64,000 bases of DNA, taken from positions 7,006,001 through 7,070,000 of the forward strand of contig CAVNZM010000014.1 of assembly GCA_963693365.1 (NCBI GenBank), in the 5' to 3' direction. The translations under genes were made by a program, and so were the position numbers. This DNA comes from Amoebidium appalachense (Eukaryota; Protista; Ichthyosporea). Under the pieces are notes generated by a model. It was not told the origin of the DNA. It made no database searches and saw nothing but the letters and a program-made list of their open reading frames with translations. Below, in pieces: positions 1 through 12,084 of the stretch (position 1 is the stretch's first letter; each line of letters opens with the position of its first letter).

Positions 1-123
1 CTAGTGGGTGTTGCATTCGGAGACACGAAAAAGCCTAAGCCTAAGCAAACACAGGGAACTTCCACATTTAAAAAAAACAACAGTATCGAATTAATCCCCC
101 CCCCCCCCCCCCCCCCCCCATTT

Positions 124-227
124 TTAGTAGAGGTCGCTGCTCTCGACTCTTCTCATCAGCAGATACAGTTTAGCGTCTTGCTCAATCCCCTGCAAACATA
201 CCCCAACAAGAATGATCAGATATGGTT

Positions 228-264
<37 letters not shown>

Positions 265-403
265 ACATCCCCCCAAACGCACACGCACACACGCACACCA
301 ACCCACATACACAAGCAACCAAACAAATAAACGAAAAAGCACACACACACCCATACACCCGCACACATACACACTTTCTCTCTCTCCCTCCCCCTCCCCC
401 CCC

Positions 404-436
<33 letters not shown>

Positions 437-1112
437 CCCCCCCCCCCCCTCTCAACCCCACACGGCCATATTATCACCCCCATATAAACCACCACCATCC
501 ACCCCCCCACAACCACCCAAAACACAAACCACCACTCGCACACATACCTTCCCTCCAACCAACAAATCCATCGAGCACATACACACTAATCAACACGAAC
601 ACCACTGCAAAAATCCAGGGGTAATCCGTGCACACACACACACGCACGTACACATGCACCACACCCATTCACATGTACATATATGCACACACGTCCATGC
701 ACACACAAGCACACATATCTCACACATGCACGCACACCCGTGCACACACACACACATGTGCACACCACCGTATGTACTTATACGGTGTACAGAACAGGAA
801 CCCCCGTCTTCACAAACCAAACGATAACTTGCAAACCAACAGACACACACGCCACAGACACAGCCTGAATCCAACGGCATCTCTACACAATGGAGAAAGG
901 TAGAACATGCGCGTTGGGGTGGGGGTGGGGGGTGGGGGGATGGGGGCAGCACGGAGGCCTAAAGGGGGTTGGGGGGGGGGGGGGTGGGGGGGGGGGGGGT
1001 CGGGGGCACGCCAAGCATGCATAGCAGATGCGCTGGGCAAGTAGACGGAGAGGAAACTAATGAATTGGAGCATCACTGTGGAAGGTGTGTGTGTGTGTGC
1101 AAATGCATGCCA

Positions 1113-1164
<52 letters not shown>

Positions 1165-1978
1165 ATGTGTACATGCGTGCGCATGTGAGCCTGTGTGTGT
1201 GTACATGTGCCTGCTTGCCTGTAATGTGTCCCTGTGTGTGCATTGTGTCTGTATGTGCACATGCATGTGCCTGGATGCCTGTGTTTTTGAGGCTGTGTGC
1301 CTGTATGCCTGTGTCTATGAGCCTGTGTATGTCTGTGCCCTTGAGTGCCTGTGTATTCTTCCTGTGTGTGTGCGCCTGTGTCAACTGTGTATTCCTGTGC
1401 CTGTGTGTCTGTGCGCCTGTGTGCCTGTGTATTTCCGTGTCTGTGTGCCTGTGCCTGCCTGTGTACCTTATCCTCGTATCTGTGTTTCTGTGGGTGTGCT
1501 TGTGCCTGTGTGTGTGTGCCTGTGCCTGTGCCTGTGTGTGTGCTTGTGCCTGTGCCTGTGTGTGTGCTTGTGCCTGTGCCTGTGCACATGTGCACACTCT
1601 CACCTGCAGGTTCCTAGCATCCCCCCTCAGGCACATCAGCAGTCCCCCGTAGCTCACATACACTGCCAGCTTATCTTTCTCCTCCTCATCTAGACGGTAC
1701 ACCCGCCCATACATCACATACTCGAACTTATCTGCTAGGGTGGCACGCATCTGGGGGTCGTACTCCCTGGAAGGGGGGGAGGGCGGTTTGAGTGTGGCAA
1801 AGGGTGCCAAGTACACATTTATAAATAACCTTAGCGCGAGGAAAGGGTTAGAAGGGAGAAGGGGGGGGGGGGGGGGGGGAGGGGGGGTCAAGGAGGAAAG
1901 GGGAGAGGGGCTTTACAGCTCAGATCACGTTACGAAGCTACAATATGAGAGACTGTGCAGGAGACATCAAGAGGGAGC

Positions 1979-2010
<32 letters not shown>

Positions 2011-2745
2011 CAACAAGAGGGACAGAGTGTGTGTATACTTGTGCAGAGGGAAGGGCAGCGCGAAAAAGCGCAGCTACCGGGGGGGGGGGGGGGGGAGATG
2101 TTCCGGAAGAAGCGACAGTTGTAGGGGACAGGGATGCAAAGAACATAAACAGCCCCCTTCCCCCCCCCCCCCCTCCCCCCCCCCCACACACACATACACA
2201 CGCACACCATGGGAGAAGCATACACAAATGTTACGTGGGAGGGAACTAAAAAGAAGAACCTTTCCTTGAAGAGGGAAGGGGTTGAAGGGGGGAGGGGGGA
2301 GAGGGGGGGAGGGGGGTTGGAGCTGGGAAACACGGCAGCAACAACATAAAAAAAGACAAACCAAAATAGGTGGACTAGAGGAGAAAACTAGGTGTGCATG
2401 GAAGAAACACTAAGGGCTCGGGGGTGCTGGTGGTGGTGGTGGTGGTGGGGGGGGGGGGGGGGGGGGGGGGAGGGGAGGGAGGGGTTCAAGCCCGGGGGTG
2501 TTGGGTGGATGTAAACTGACAGCTCAGCACAAATGCCCGTGTACGTCAGTGTGTGAACACGTGCGTGCATGTGTGCACGGATACATGTGCTTGGTCTACA
2601 TGTGCAGTGTGTGTGGGTGACCGCATCTGTGCTTGTGCACGTGCCCGCTGCGTGTGCCCGTGGGGTTGTACAAACACGTGTGTTTTCACGTGTGTCTGAT
2701 ATCTGTAGTGTGTGCACACGTGAGCATTGTGTGCGCGTGCACGCG

Positions 2746-2800
<55 letters not shown>

Positions 2801-2963
2801 CGTGTGTGCTTGCACCTACCCCGAGTCTGCAATACCCTCCTCGCTAAGTCGTGTGGCCAGGGCAATGGTAAACTTATCCCCCAACTCCACAGGGTAAAGC
2901 TCCGTATTAACGTCCAGAAGAAGATCCATCTCGTAGTTCTCAGATGAGCACCACAGACGTGTC

Positions 2964-3012
<49 letters not shown>

Positions 3013-3079
3013 GCGTGTGTGTGTGTGTGTGCGTGTATTATGTGTTTGTGTGTGTGTGTGTGCATGTGTGCGTGTATTA

Positions 3080-3120
<41 letters not shown>

Positions 3121-3769
3121 ATGTGTGTGCATGCACATGTACCCATGACCCGCGTATGTTAAAAAGAGTGTACTATGAGTATCCAGGACCTCCGGGGTTT
3201 GAAAGGAAAGAAGGGGGGGGGGGGGAGGGGGAGGGGGGGGGGGACTTTAGAAGTAGCAACGAGGATTTCCACGAGAGGACGGGAGAGTGGCACCTCCTCG
3301 TCCTCCCGAATTACTGGAACGGAGGGGGGGGGGAGAAGGGGGAGGGGGGGGGGGGGGGTGTCACGGGGAGGGGAAGCAAGTATACACATGGCTGAGCCAT
3401 CAAAGAATGACAGTGAGCGAAAGGGATTTCCAGGAGTGAAGGCGGGGGGAGAGGGGGGGAGGGGAGGGATGAGGGGAAGGGCGGGAAAAGGAGGTGTAGA
3501 GCAAGGGCATCGTAAGCGTGTGATGTGCAGGCTCAGAATGGAAAAGAAAGAGGGAAAAAGGCTTGGTGGGTAGGAACACGCACAAACGCGTTAATCAAGC
3601 AATCACACACGCAAGGGAGCACGCATAGACACACCCACACGGACAGGCACGCACACACACACGCTCACGCACCTCTGGGGAAGGGCTTCCTCGCTACATC
3701 GTTAACGTCTGGGTCGAGCTGTTTTACGCCGAAGATGTCCTCCAGCAGGATGGGGTTGACGCCTGCCAT
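124..3769 (-). CDS. RPB8: RNA polymerase I/II/III shared subunit RPABC3 (Rpb8), 4 exons
   Basis: Exons 3769-3673, 2964-2820, 1766-1604 and 189-124 have GT-AG ends and consistent phases. They join to [21 protein letters not shown]...[37 protein letters not shown]...[15 protein letters not shown]...[36 protein letters not shown]. The EYVMYG and SYGGLLM motifs are Rpb8 hallmarks. Confidence 0.96.
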
Positions 3770-5615
3770 GGCTATAGGAAATAAATAGAGGGCGCAAACA
3801 AAAAGTGCGTGTGCGTGCGTGTGGACGTACGTATACGCGTGTGGGTTTTATTCACCCCACAGCTAGCTTTCCACTTGGTTGTGATTTTCTTCCGCCAGCT
3901 CAGATGTACATGTGACAAGAAGCGTAGCCTAAATTGTAAAATATTTTTAGGCGTATTATTCGCAAAGAGTATTTAATAATCCAATCGTACGGCTACTTGG
4001 TGCAATCGAAGCGATGCAGCCACCGATTTCTGGGCCTAAGACTGAAATCGAATATGGCGGGAGCTGTGAGAACTGAACTTCGCGCGCAGATCTGACGGCC
4101 GCGGTAGAGGGAAGCAGAGAAAGACGCCTGTGTGGAAGGCCCTGACAAGACCAGCAAGTAGACCGCCGAGTAGCTAAGCTCACAGTGACGTGTATGTGTG
4201 CATATTTTCATGCATGCATGCTACGTGCGCCCGCCCTCCATGTGCACATGTTTTTACACAAGCCGAAATTACACTCGCGCCTAAAAGTGGGCCCGGGTAC
4301 GAACGTTAGGCTCTACGTGCTGAACGGATACGCCGTAGCTCTAGATCTTCGTGGTAACCAAGTGGCCAGGAGATAAGGAGCCGGTTGTGGGAGTGGTGGT
4401 GGTGACGGCGATGGTGGTGTTGGGAGAGGGGAAAGGGGGGAGGGGGGATCGGGTCGGGGCTGGGAGGGGTGGAGGAAGGGTAAGGGGACTGGTGAGCGAG
4501 CACACAGTGAGAGCTGAACATTTTCTGTAGGTAGGAGGGGGAGTTGGGGAGGGGGGAGGGGAGGGGGGGAGAGAGAGGGGGGGGGGGGGGGGGCGGTGGG
4601 GGATCAGGGGGGGGAGAGGGGGGAGGGGGAGGGGCGAGAAAGGAAGAGGGTATATGACTGGTGACGGTGAGCAAGAGTCATGGACAAAGTTTGTACGTAT
4701 GTACGTGTATCCAGCCTATATCTACGGAGGAGGAAGACCGGTGAACGGGGCACCACCAAGAAAGATAAACGACTGAACGTCAAACCGGTATAATAATACG
4801 CATGTGCGCCAGCTCAGCTGGTCTGCATCTCTGCATCTGACATCTCTCAAGTCTTCGTCAGTTGATCATGTTTCATTTTCGTACTGACACACATAACCCC
4901 CTTAGCTGGTTTTCAGGGCATGCAGCGCAGGTGCGGACCCGGAGAGTGGGAGGGGGGAGCAGAGGCCTATAGTGCAAGTATAGCTATAAGCAAGTATATA
5001 AGCTTAGGCACAGATGTCTGGCACTAACGTTGGTCGGGAGGCCTATACATAGAAATTGTAGTCTTCCGAAGAGGGAGAGCTTATGATGCGAACACAGTAT
5101 GAAGCACAATAACTCGAGAAGATTGAGTTCTAGATTTGCGGATATATACAGCAATTTAAAAACAGCTGAAGGTGAGACCAACCTGCCAGCCCGGCCTGCT
5201 GGGAGCAAGATCTTAGGAGGAGGAGGAGGGGGAGGGGGGGAGGGGGGGGGGGGGGGGGGGGGGAATAGGATATAGTCGTCGATCGCAAAGATGTTACACA
5301 TCTCGTGTGTATTTGGACTCTTACATATGTGCCTTCCATGTTGGCAGTGGGCCCAGCCCCGCTGCCTGACCTTCGTGATTGTGCGGCCATTATTGGCGCC
5401 TCTGTACTATATTTAGAATATCCTACACTATATACTGGGTTTTGCATGCCTATTTCATACTGTATCCCTTTCTGGTCAAAAGGTTCTGGTAGTTCGATTA
5501 CGATAAAATTAAAACGCAGAGTATCCACATGCATCACTGCACTATTATCAAATTAGACTTCATAACTGTGCACTTTCAACCGGTCATTCACTCAACTTTC
5601 GCATTGGCCTCTTTC

Positions 5616-7160
5616 TCAATTCGTCAGCACAGGGGCCCATGTGTGCTCCCATTCCTGCAGCCAGTCGGTTTTCAGAAATTCGAACGCAGTAGTATGGAGA
5701 GACGGGCAGAAGTCATAACTGAAGAGGGGGGTGTCCAAACATAGATCATCGGGTGTGTACAGGCCCGTAGGGGAGGGGGGAAACTGCATATCAGGGTCCA
5801 CGAGGTGGAATGGGCTGGGAAGGCACGTGGTGGCCGTGGGTGGGGGAGACAGCGGAGCAGAGATGTCGTGTGGGGGGGTGAAGTCTACTCCCATGGCTGC
5901 TAGAAGGTCTTCCACCGTCTGTATTTGGGGGGGTGTGGGTTAGAACTCCGACACCAGAGCCAGGAGTACAAGACAGCCAGTGATGTTGGTGTGGAATTGA
6001 TGGGGGGATGAAGTTGTGGCGGGAAATGGGCTAACGGCAGTTGAGGGGAAGGGAAGGGGCACGGTACGTTAGACGAGGCCTCCCGGGGGGAAAGGGCCCA
6101 GATGTGGGTGTGGGTGTGGGTGTCTGGGGGGGGGGGGGGGGGGGAGGGGGGGGAGGGGGGGGTACACAGCACAAGGTGCCAAGACAAAAACTAGACCGTC
6201 GGAATACCTTCATCTTATAACAGGCACATCTAGGGGTTCCTATAAAAAGGTTTCCCTAACCCGGTGGCTACCGCGTGGTTATTGTGTGTGTTAGGGAAGC
6301 GGGGTGGGTGGGTGGGGGTGGGTGGGGGGGAGGGAGGCAGGTAGGAATCCAAGTGTGAACGATGGGAGAGAAAGGGGGTAGGGAGGTAGAATGACTTGCA
6401 CACACACCTGTGCTGTGTCGATGGAGGCCAGAGACGAGGTATCATCCTCAAGTTCTGTCCAGCTGGCTGCAGAGTGAATACTGTGGGAGCTAGGTGTGTC
6501 TACGGAAGCAGGAGACAGAGGAAACACGTATTGATTAGTGCTGGATGACAGCTCCGTAGGGAAGGAAAATGAGACGGGGGGGTGTGAATACGACGGAGGA
6601 CTGAGCGGGCTGGCGATAGCGGAGGATGTGGAGTGGGACCTTTGCTTCTTTGGCCTAGGGAGGGTGGGGGCATCTGGGTGGGAGGGACGTTTGCGTGCAG
6701 GCTGCTTGTTCTCCTTTGCGTCCATGTGATTGTAATCTATCGCCCAGAAGGCCCCCTTGCCTGGTTCATGGTCCTCTCTTGGTACCTTCACAAAGCACTT
6801 CTTGAGAGACAGATTGTGCCGAATGGAGTTCTGTGGGGAGGCGGAGGGGAGGTTAAAAACTGGACGGACGACAGTTACACGTTAAACCCCTTCCGTTCCC
6901 CTCTCCCCCACCCTCGAAGTAACATCAAAGAGAAAAACCTGTCCACCCTTACACATACGTGCGCATGCACGCACGCACACACACACACGACCCGCACAAG
7001 CTCTCACCTTCCAGCTCTGGTCGGCCTCCCCATAGAAGGGAAAGTTCGATTCTATCCACTGGTAAATGCCCGCAAGTGTTAGCTTTTTCTCCTCCGTGCT
7101 GGCGATGGCGAGCATAATCAACGCTGCGTACGAGTACGCGGGCTTCTCTGCGTGAGACAT
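5616..7160 (-). CDS. Forkhead-box (winged-helix) transcription factor, 3 exons
   Basis: Exons 7160-7008, 6830-6408 and 5918-5616. The forkhead domain reads [14 protein letters not shown]...[18 protein letters not shown]...SWK|[29 protein letters not shown] and is followed by an S/P-rich tail. Subfamily not assigned. Confidence 0.92.
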
Positions 7161-8819
7161 ATTGCCGTTTCTCACCTTTCTCACTGTCCAAAGAATATAC
7201 AAAAAAAAATGCTTTTCTTTAAGTGTTATGTATGACCTTAGTGGTTGTGTTCAAGAAATGAACGAATAAGTGTGCGATTGTGTGCGATGGTGGTCTTTTT
7301 CGGCTTTTATACATCGGAGATCGACACACATCTCCCTACACCTGCAGGAAGGTCTAATAGGGCATTAGAAAGCTAAGAAATATCTTCATTATTGAACAAA
7401 AGTTCTTCTTGGCTTTGGGCAAAACTAATTATAAGTTATCTATTTTGGTGTTCTTTTGGGTACTTTCCTGGTCGTTGTGTCGGACTGGTACGTACAGGTC
7501 GCTTGTTACAAGATTCAAACCAGCATGGGGGGTGTTGGGGGACAAAGGGGTCTCTGTCGCTCATCCTATTGGTTGACTTTTCGCGCGCAGCAAGCCGGTT
7601 TCCCAATTAGGCTATTTCAATTGAGCCGCCAGTCAATAGGAAAGTGCATTCCCAGCCGCAGGCTGGAGCAGCTAGCAATGCAGAAACTCGGCGGTGAGTC
7701 AACTATTAATCAGACTGGAGTTTCGCATGGCATAGCAAAAAAAACTGAGTAGGAAAAAAAGCATGTAGAGCCTAAAAAGATTAAGAAAATAGCTGCATTC
7801 AATTTATGGCAACTTTTTTCTAGCGCATTTTTCTCCAACTTGACCGGATGCCGGTCCCACTCCGCCGCCCCGCGGCACGCTGGAGTACCAACACAAGTGT
7901 TTCAAGGTGTGACCGGGACCCGGGCAACCTTGGCGAAGGCTTGGCGAAGCATTCTCAGGCAAATGAAGATTTATCTGTACTCACACATAATCTATATGCA
8001 TGTATGAGTATACTTATCCAATGTGTTATAAAAGAAAACATGCGACAATACGCGCTGGTTTATGATTTGTAGGACTCGTTTACGAGTAAAGCGCATGATC
8101 ATCCAATTGGTCCACATGTAAGGTATGTGGGCTGGCATGCATGCGCGTTGGAATGTGGATGGACGAATTCTAACTGCCAATCATTGAGCCCGTTTTAAAC
8201 TAAGCCTTCAAGCATGGGAGCATCACAAATTCACAATCCCTGCACGTGAGACCCCCTCTATGCTCTATCATACTCGAAAATTACCAACTGAAGATTATAT
8301 TCTTTGCATAATACTGTTTGTTGTGTCAAATATTCTTTCTGTTATCAGTTTGCTTCAACATATATGCTTGGGTACAGCGCCTTATCATATCACTGAGCTG
8401 AGCCTCATCATGATGCGCATCGGCGCCGCCCCCTGCACACTGTGCTCTGCACAGCACAGAGCACAAGGCATATGCTGATGATGTGCATGATCATGGATTT
8501 ACCATGATGGTGTATGGCATAAGAGCCTCGGGATCTTCAAGTCACTCGAGACTTGGCAAGTTATTTTTTTATTATTATTTTTTTTTCTGTACAAGTAGTT
8601 CATTTCAGTACTTGTATGGTAAGTTACTAAGGCTGTAAGGGCTGTGAATCACTATTGATGCTAATACTGTGTTACAGTGAGCCAACATATGTACAAAAAA
8701 GTTTTGAAGCTCCCACACAGGTACGCGTATGCACGCGCATGTGAATTCAAATGGTTGGAAAATTGTGTGCCGCATATATCGAAAGAGGGATTGACATATA
8801 TCTGCGTAACTGTGTATAC

Positions 8820-8850
<31 letters not shown>

Positions 8851-8943
8851 CGTGTGACACGTGTCTGTGCACATGTGTGTGTGTGCGCGCGCGTGTGTGT
8901 GTGTGGAAGTGGCATGCGTCACACCCTCACACGTACTGACGGT

Positions 8944-9154
8944 CAGGGATGTGTCGGTCACTGGCCGGGTGGGTTTCGGGCGGGTTTACGCAAAGGCCGG
9001 GTGGATCTCGGGCCGGGTCGTCTTTTTTTCGGTCCGGGCCGGGTTGGTTCTCGGGTCTTGGACCCTTGTGATCGGGTTGACCCGCGGGTTACCAAATGCG
9101 AAAACCTCGGGTGTTCGCCCGGACTGGCCATATATGATACGTGTGTACATGTAT

Positions 9155-9188
<34 letters not shown>

Positions 9189-9790
9189 ACGTGTGTGTGT
9201 GTGTGTGTGATATGCTTGCGTGCGTGCGTGCTGTGTGTGCACATGTGCTCGCGGTGTGTGTGTGGCTTTTCCACGCATGGTGTCTACATGTGAACAGACA
9301 GCGCTCGTGTGCTTGCGGCTTACTTGATTATAGAGAGCTTGGTAGTGGTGACTAAAGCAAACACAACGTAACGTGCACAGCAGTTACGATTGTCTCTCTC
9401 TTTTTTCTTTTTCTTTTTCTTTTTCTTTTTATATTAAAGCGCTAGCCTAGCCTCAGTACTCTACTACTGTAGCTAACTATGCCTCGGCAATGTTTATACT
9501 GTCTACCATATATGGACATGAATAAAATACCGTATTGTTATTAGTTCACTGTGCAATCCCTGAAAACCAATTATCAATCCAAATTTACTACTTATTATGG
9601 TTAATAGATCATGCTTTACCCTGACTCGGCGGGAACTGACCGGGTCAGAGCCATCGGTCGGGCTGGGTACGGGTCTGACCCGCCGGGTCATAAAGCCGAC
9701 CGGGTTTGGGCAAAAATGCCCCGGTCGGGGTTGGGTAACGCCGACCTGGCCGGGTTGGTTCTCGGGTCGACCCAACCCGACACATCCCTG
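8944..9790. mobile_element. Non-autonomous hAT-superfamily DNA transposon (MITE, 847 bp)
   Basis: 14-bp TIRs CAGGGATGTGTCGG (8944-8957) and CCGACACATCCCTG (9777-9790). A perfect 8-bp TSD CTGACGGT lies at 8936-8943 and 9791-9798. Dense CGGGT/ACCCG subterminal repeats at both ends; no coding core. Confidence 0.9.
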
Positions 9791-11287
9791 CTGACGGTGT
9801 GCACGCGCTGCGATGAACTTTAACGTTCGCTGCAGGCCGATTTTTCCTTACACTCTCGCGACCGCGTGCATGCTTTCTGTCGCGACGCCTCGATGGTTCG
9901 ATAGAGTCCAGTGTTCGCTGAATGTGTAAGGAAAAATAAGGAGCCATCTCAGTACAATAGGTGGCAGGCGTCACACAACAAATGACGGGGTTTACCGTCT
10001 GAAACTGATTGGAAGGAAGAAGGAAAGCGCAGGTGTGCGTCGCAAAGAATGCGTAATTTCGGAGACGTTTGGGTCTATCTATTCTATTTGTTATCCCAGA
10101 TCCGACCTGTCTAAATCTGAGCTTGACTGAGCGGCCGGCGCTATTATATACCCTTGAATATTTATAGTGCGGCACAAGGATTGCACCCTAAATCTTTTAT
10201 ATAGTGCTAAGAGGGCTAAGACGTCTAGAAGGTGCAGCCAAGTTTACGTAATGCTGACGTAATGGCTATAGAAACTGATCGAACTGAACGGAAGGCTGAT
10301 AGCGAACTTATAGTCTTGGCTATCCTAATATAGTAGCTTTCCCGAATATATCTAGAGTCTGAAGAGCCTAATCTAAGGTGATCGGGATCCTATACAAATC
10401 TACCATAAAAAGCTATATTCCTTTCTCTATACCATTGGTCTAGCACGCATTCTAAAAACTAACCATATATAGTCTATTTTTCCCTACTACTATTGGTCGA
10501 TAATGGTCATACATGACACCCATTATCATTTAGCAATACGATTGGCGCAGAGGGCACCAATCGAGACGGCAGCATGCAGGCCTTGAAATCAACACTGAAA
10601 AATAATGGAGGTTACTACATAAATCAGATGCTACGGGTAAAAGGAAAACATTGTATAATTCTCTACATAAATACTGTATTCAAGCCACAAATACCGCATG
10701 TACCAGTGCTTTTGCCGTGCCTTTGTGATATGCTCACCACTTGCTCACATTGGCATATCCCCCAGACGTCGACATGCATTCCAGATGCGTTCCGAGCCAA
10801 TCGCACGCGAGCATTGGACCATGTGACCTGTTGGAAAACATGGTGCCTGCGTCATGGCGTAATGCTTGCGGTCACGCGGTGGTGACCAAAAATGGGCTTG
10901 TGGCAGATGTGTGTCGCATGGCGCGCAGGTACAGTAAAAGATATATGTCATATGCCCCACTTATTATTTTAGGTAAGAAAGGAAACAAAGAGGAATCAAC
11001 TTCGGTGAGAGAATCGCAACATAGAGGTTCAAGCACTCTGTCAAGGAAGGGGAGAGAAAGTGGAGAGAGGAGAGAGGGTGGGCCGGGGGGAGGGAGGAGG
11101 GGGGTGGGGGTGGGGGGAGGGAGGGGGGGTATACATACACACAAGCATGCGCGCGCGCGCACACACACTCACTCATTCACACACTTACACACAGGCATAC
11201 AGAGAGTGAGAAAGACAAATGCGGCATAGAGACCCGCACACACGCCAGACACACACACACTCGCATACAAAATGCGAGAGAGAGAGA

Positions 11288-11325
<38 letters not shown>

Positions 11326-11864
11326 GGGGGAGGGGAGGGGGAGAGAAGGGGGGGGGGGGGGAGGGGGGAGGGAGGGAGGGAGAGAGGGAGGGAGGGGGAG
11401 AGAGAGAGAGAGCCTTTGAGAGAGAGAGAGTGTGTGTGTGTGTGTGACACACACACACACACGCACACACGCACACACACACACACGCACACCTGCACGC
11501 GTGCGCACACACACGCAAACACACCAGGGACAAGTAGGCTGCCCCCCACCTTCACGTACATAGGTCGAGTGAATCAACTCTGCCTTAAAGATCTGCTTCG
11601 CTGCACACTTCCCTTGTCCGTTTGTTTCGACACTAATTACTAATGCGTCTCCGATTTCCAACCCCCCTCCCCACCCTCCTCCCCCTCCCCCTTCATCCGT
11701 TCCTTCTCCTACCACCTCTCCTCCTCTCCTATTGCTCCATATAACACGCTCTCCCACGGCGATTCATTTCCTCCCCCACTTTAGTTTTTTCCGCATCCCC
11801 TTCATCTTTTATTTGTAACTGCAAGGCTTCAGCATTACCATGCAATTATGCACACGTGGGTGCA

Positions 11865-11937
<73 letters not shown>

Positions 11938-12042
11938 GCATGCACGTGCGCGCACACACCCCTGCACAGTGTGAGCCGCCAAAAAATCAGTGCTCGAACA
12001 GCTCCTCTTGCTCTAAAGTGACCGGGCCACTCGGCTAACCCC

Positions 12043-12084
<42 letters not shown>

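Noticed and set aside
4014-4340. Genome-wide TGA reassignment
   Set aside because: The confidently assembled genes show no in-frame TGA in the exons I translated, and the forkhead gene appears to end in TGA.
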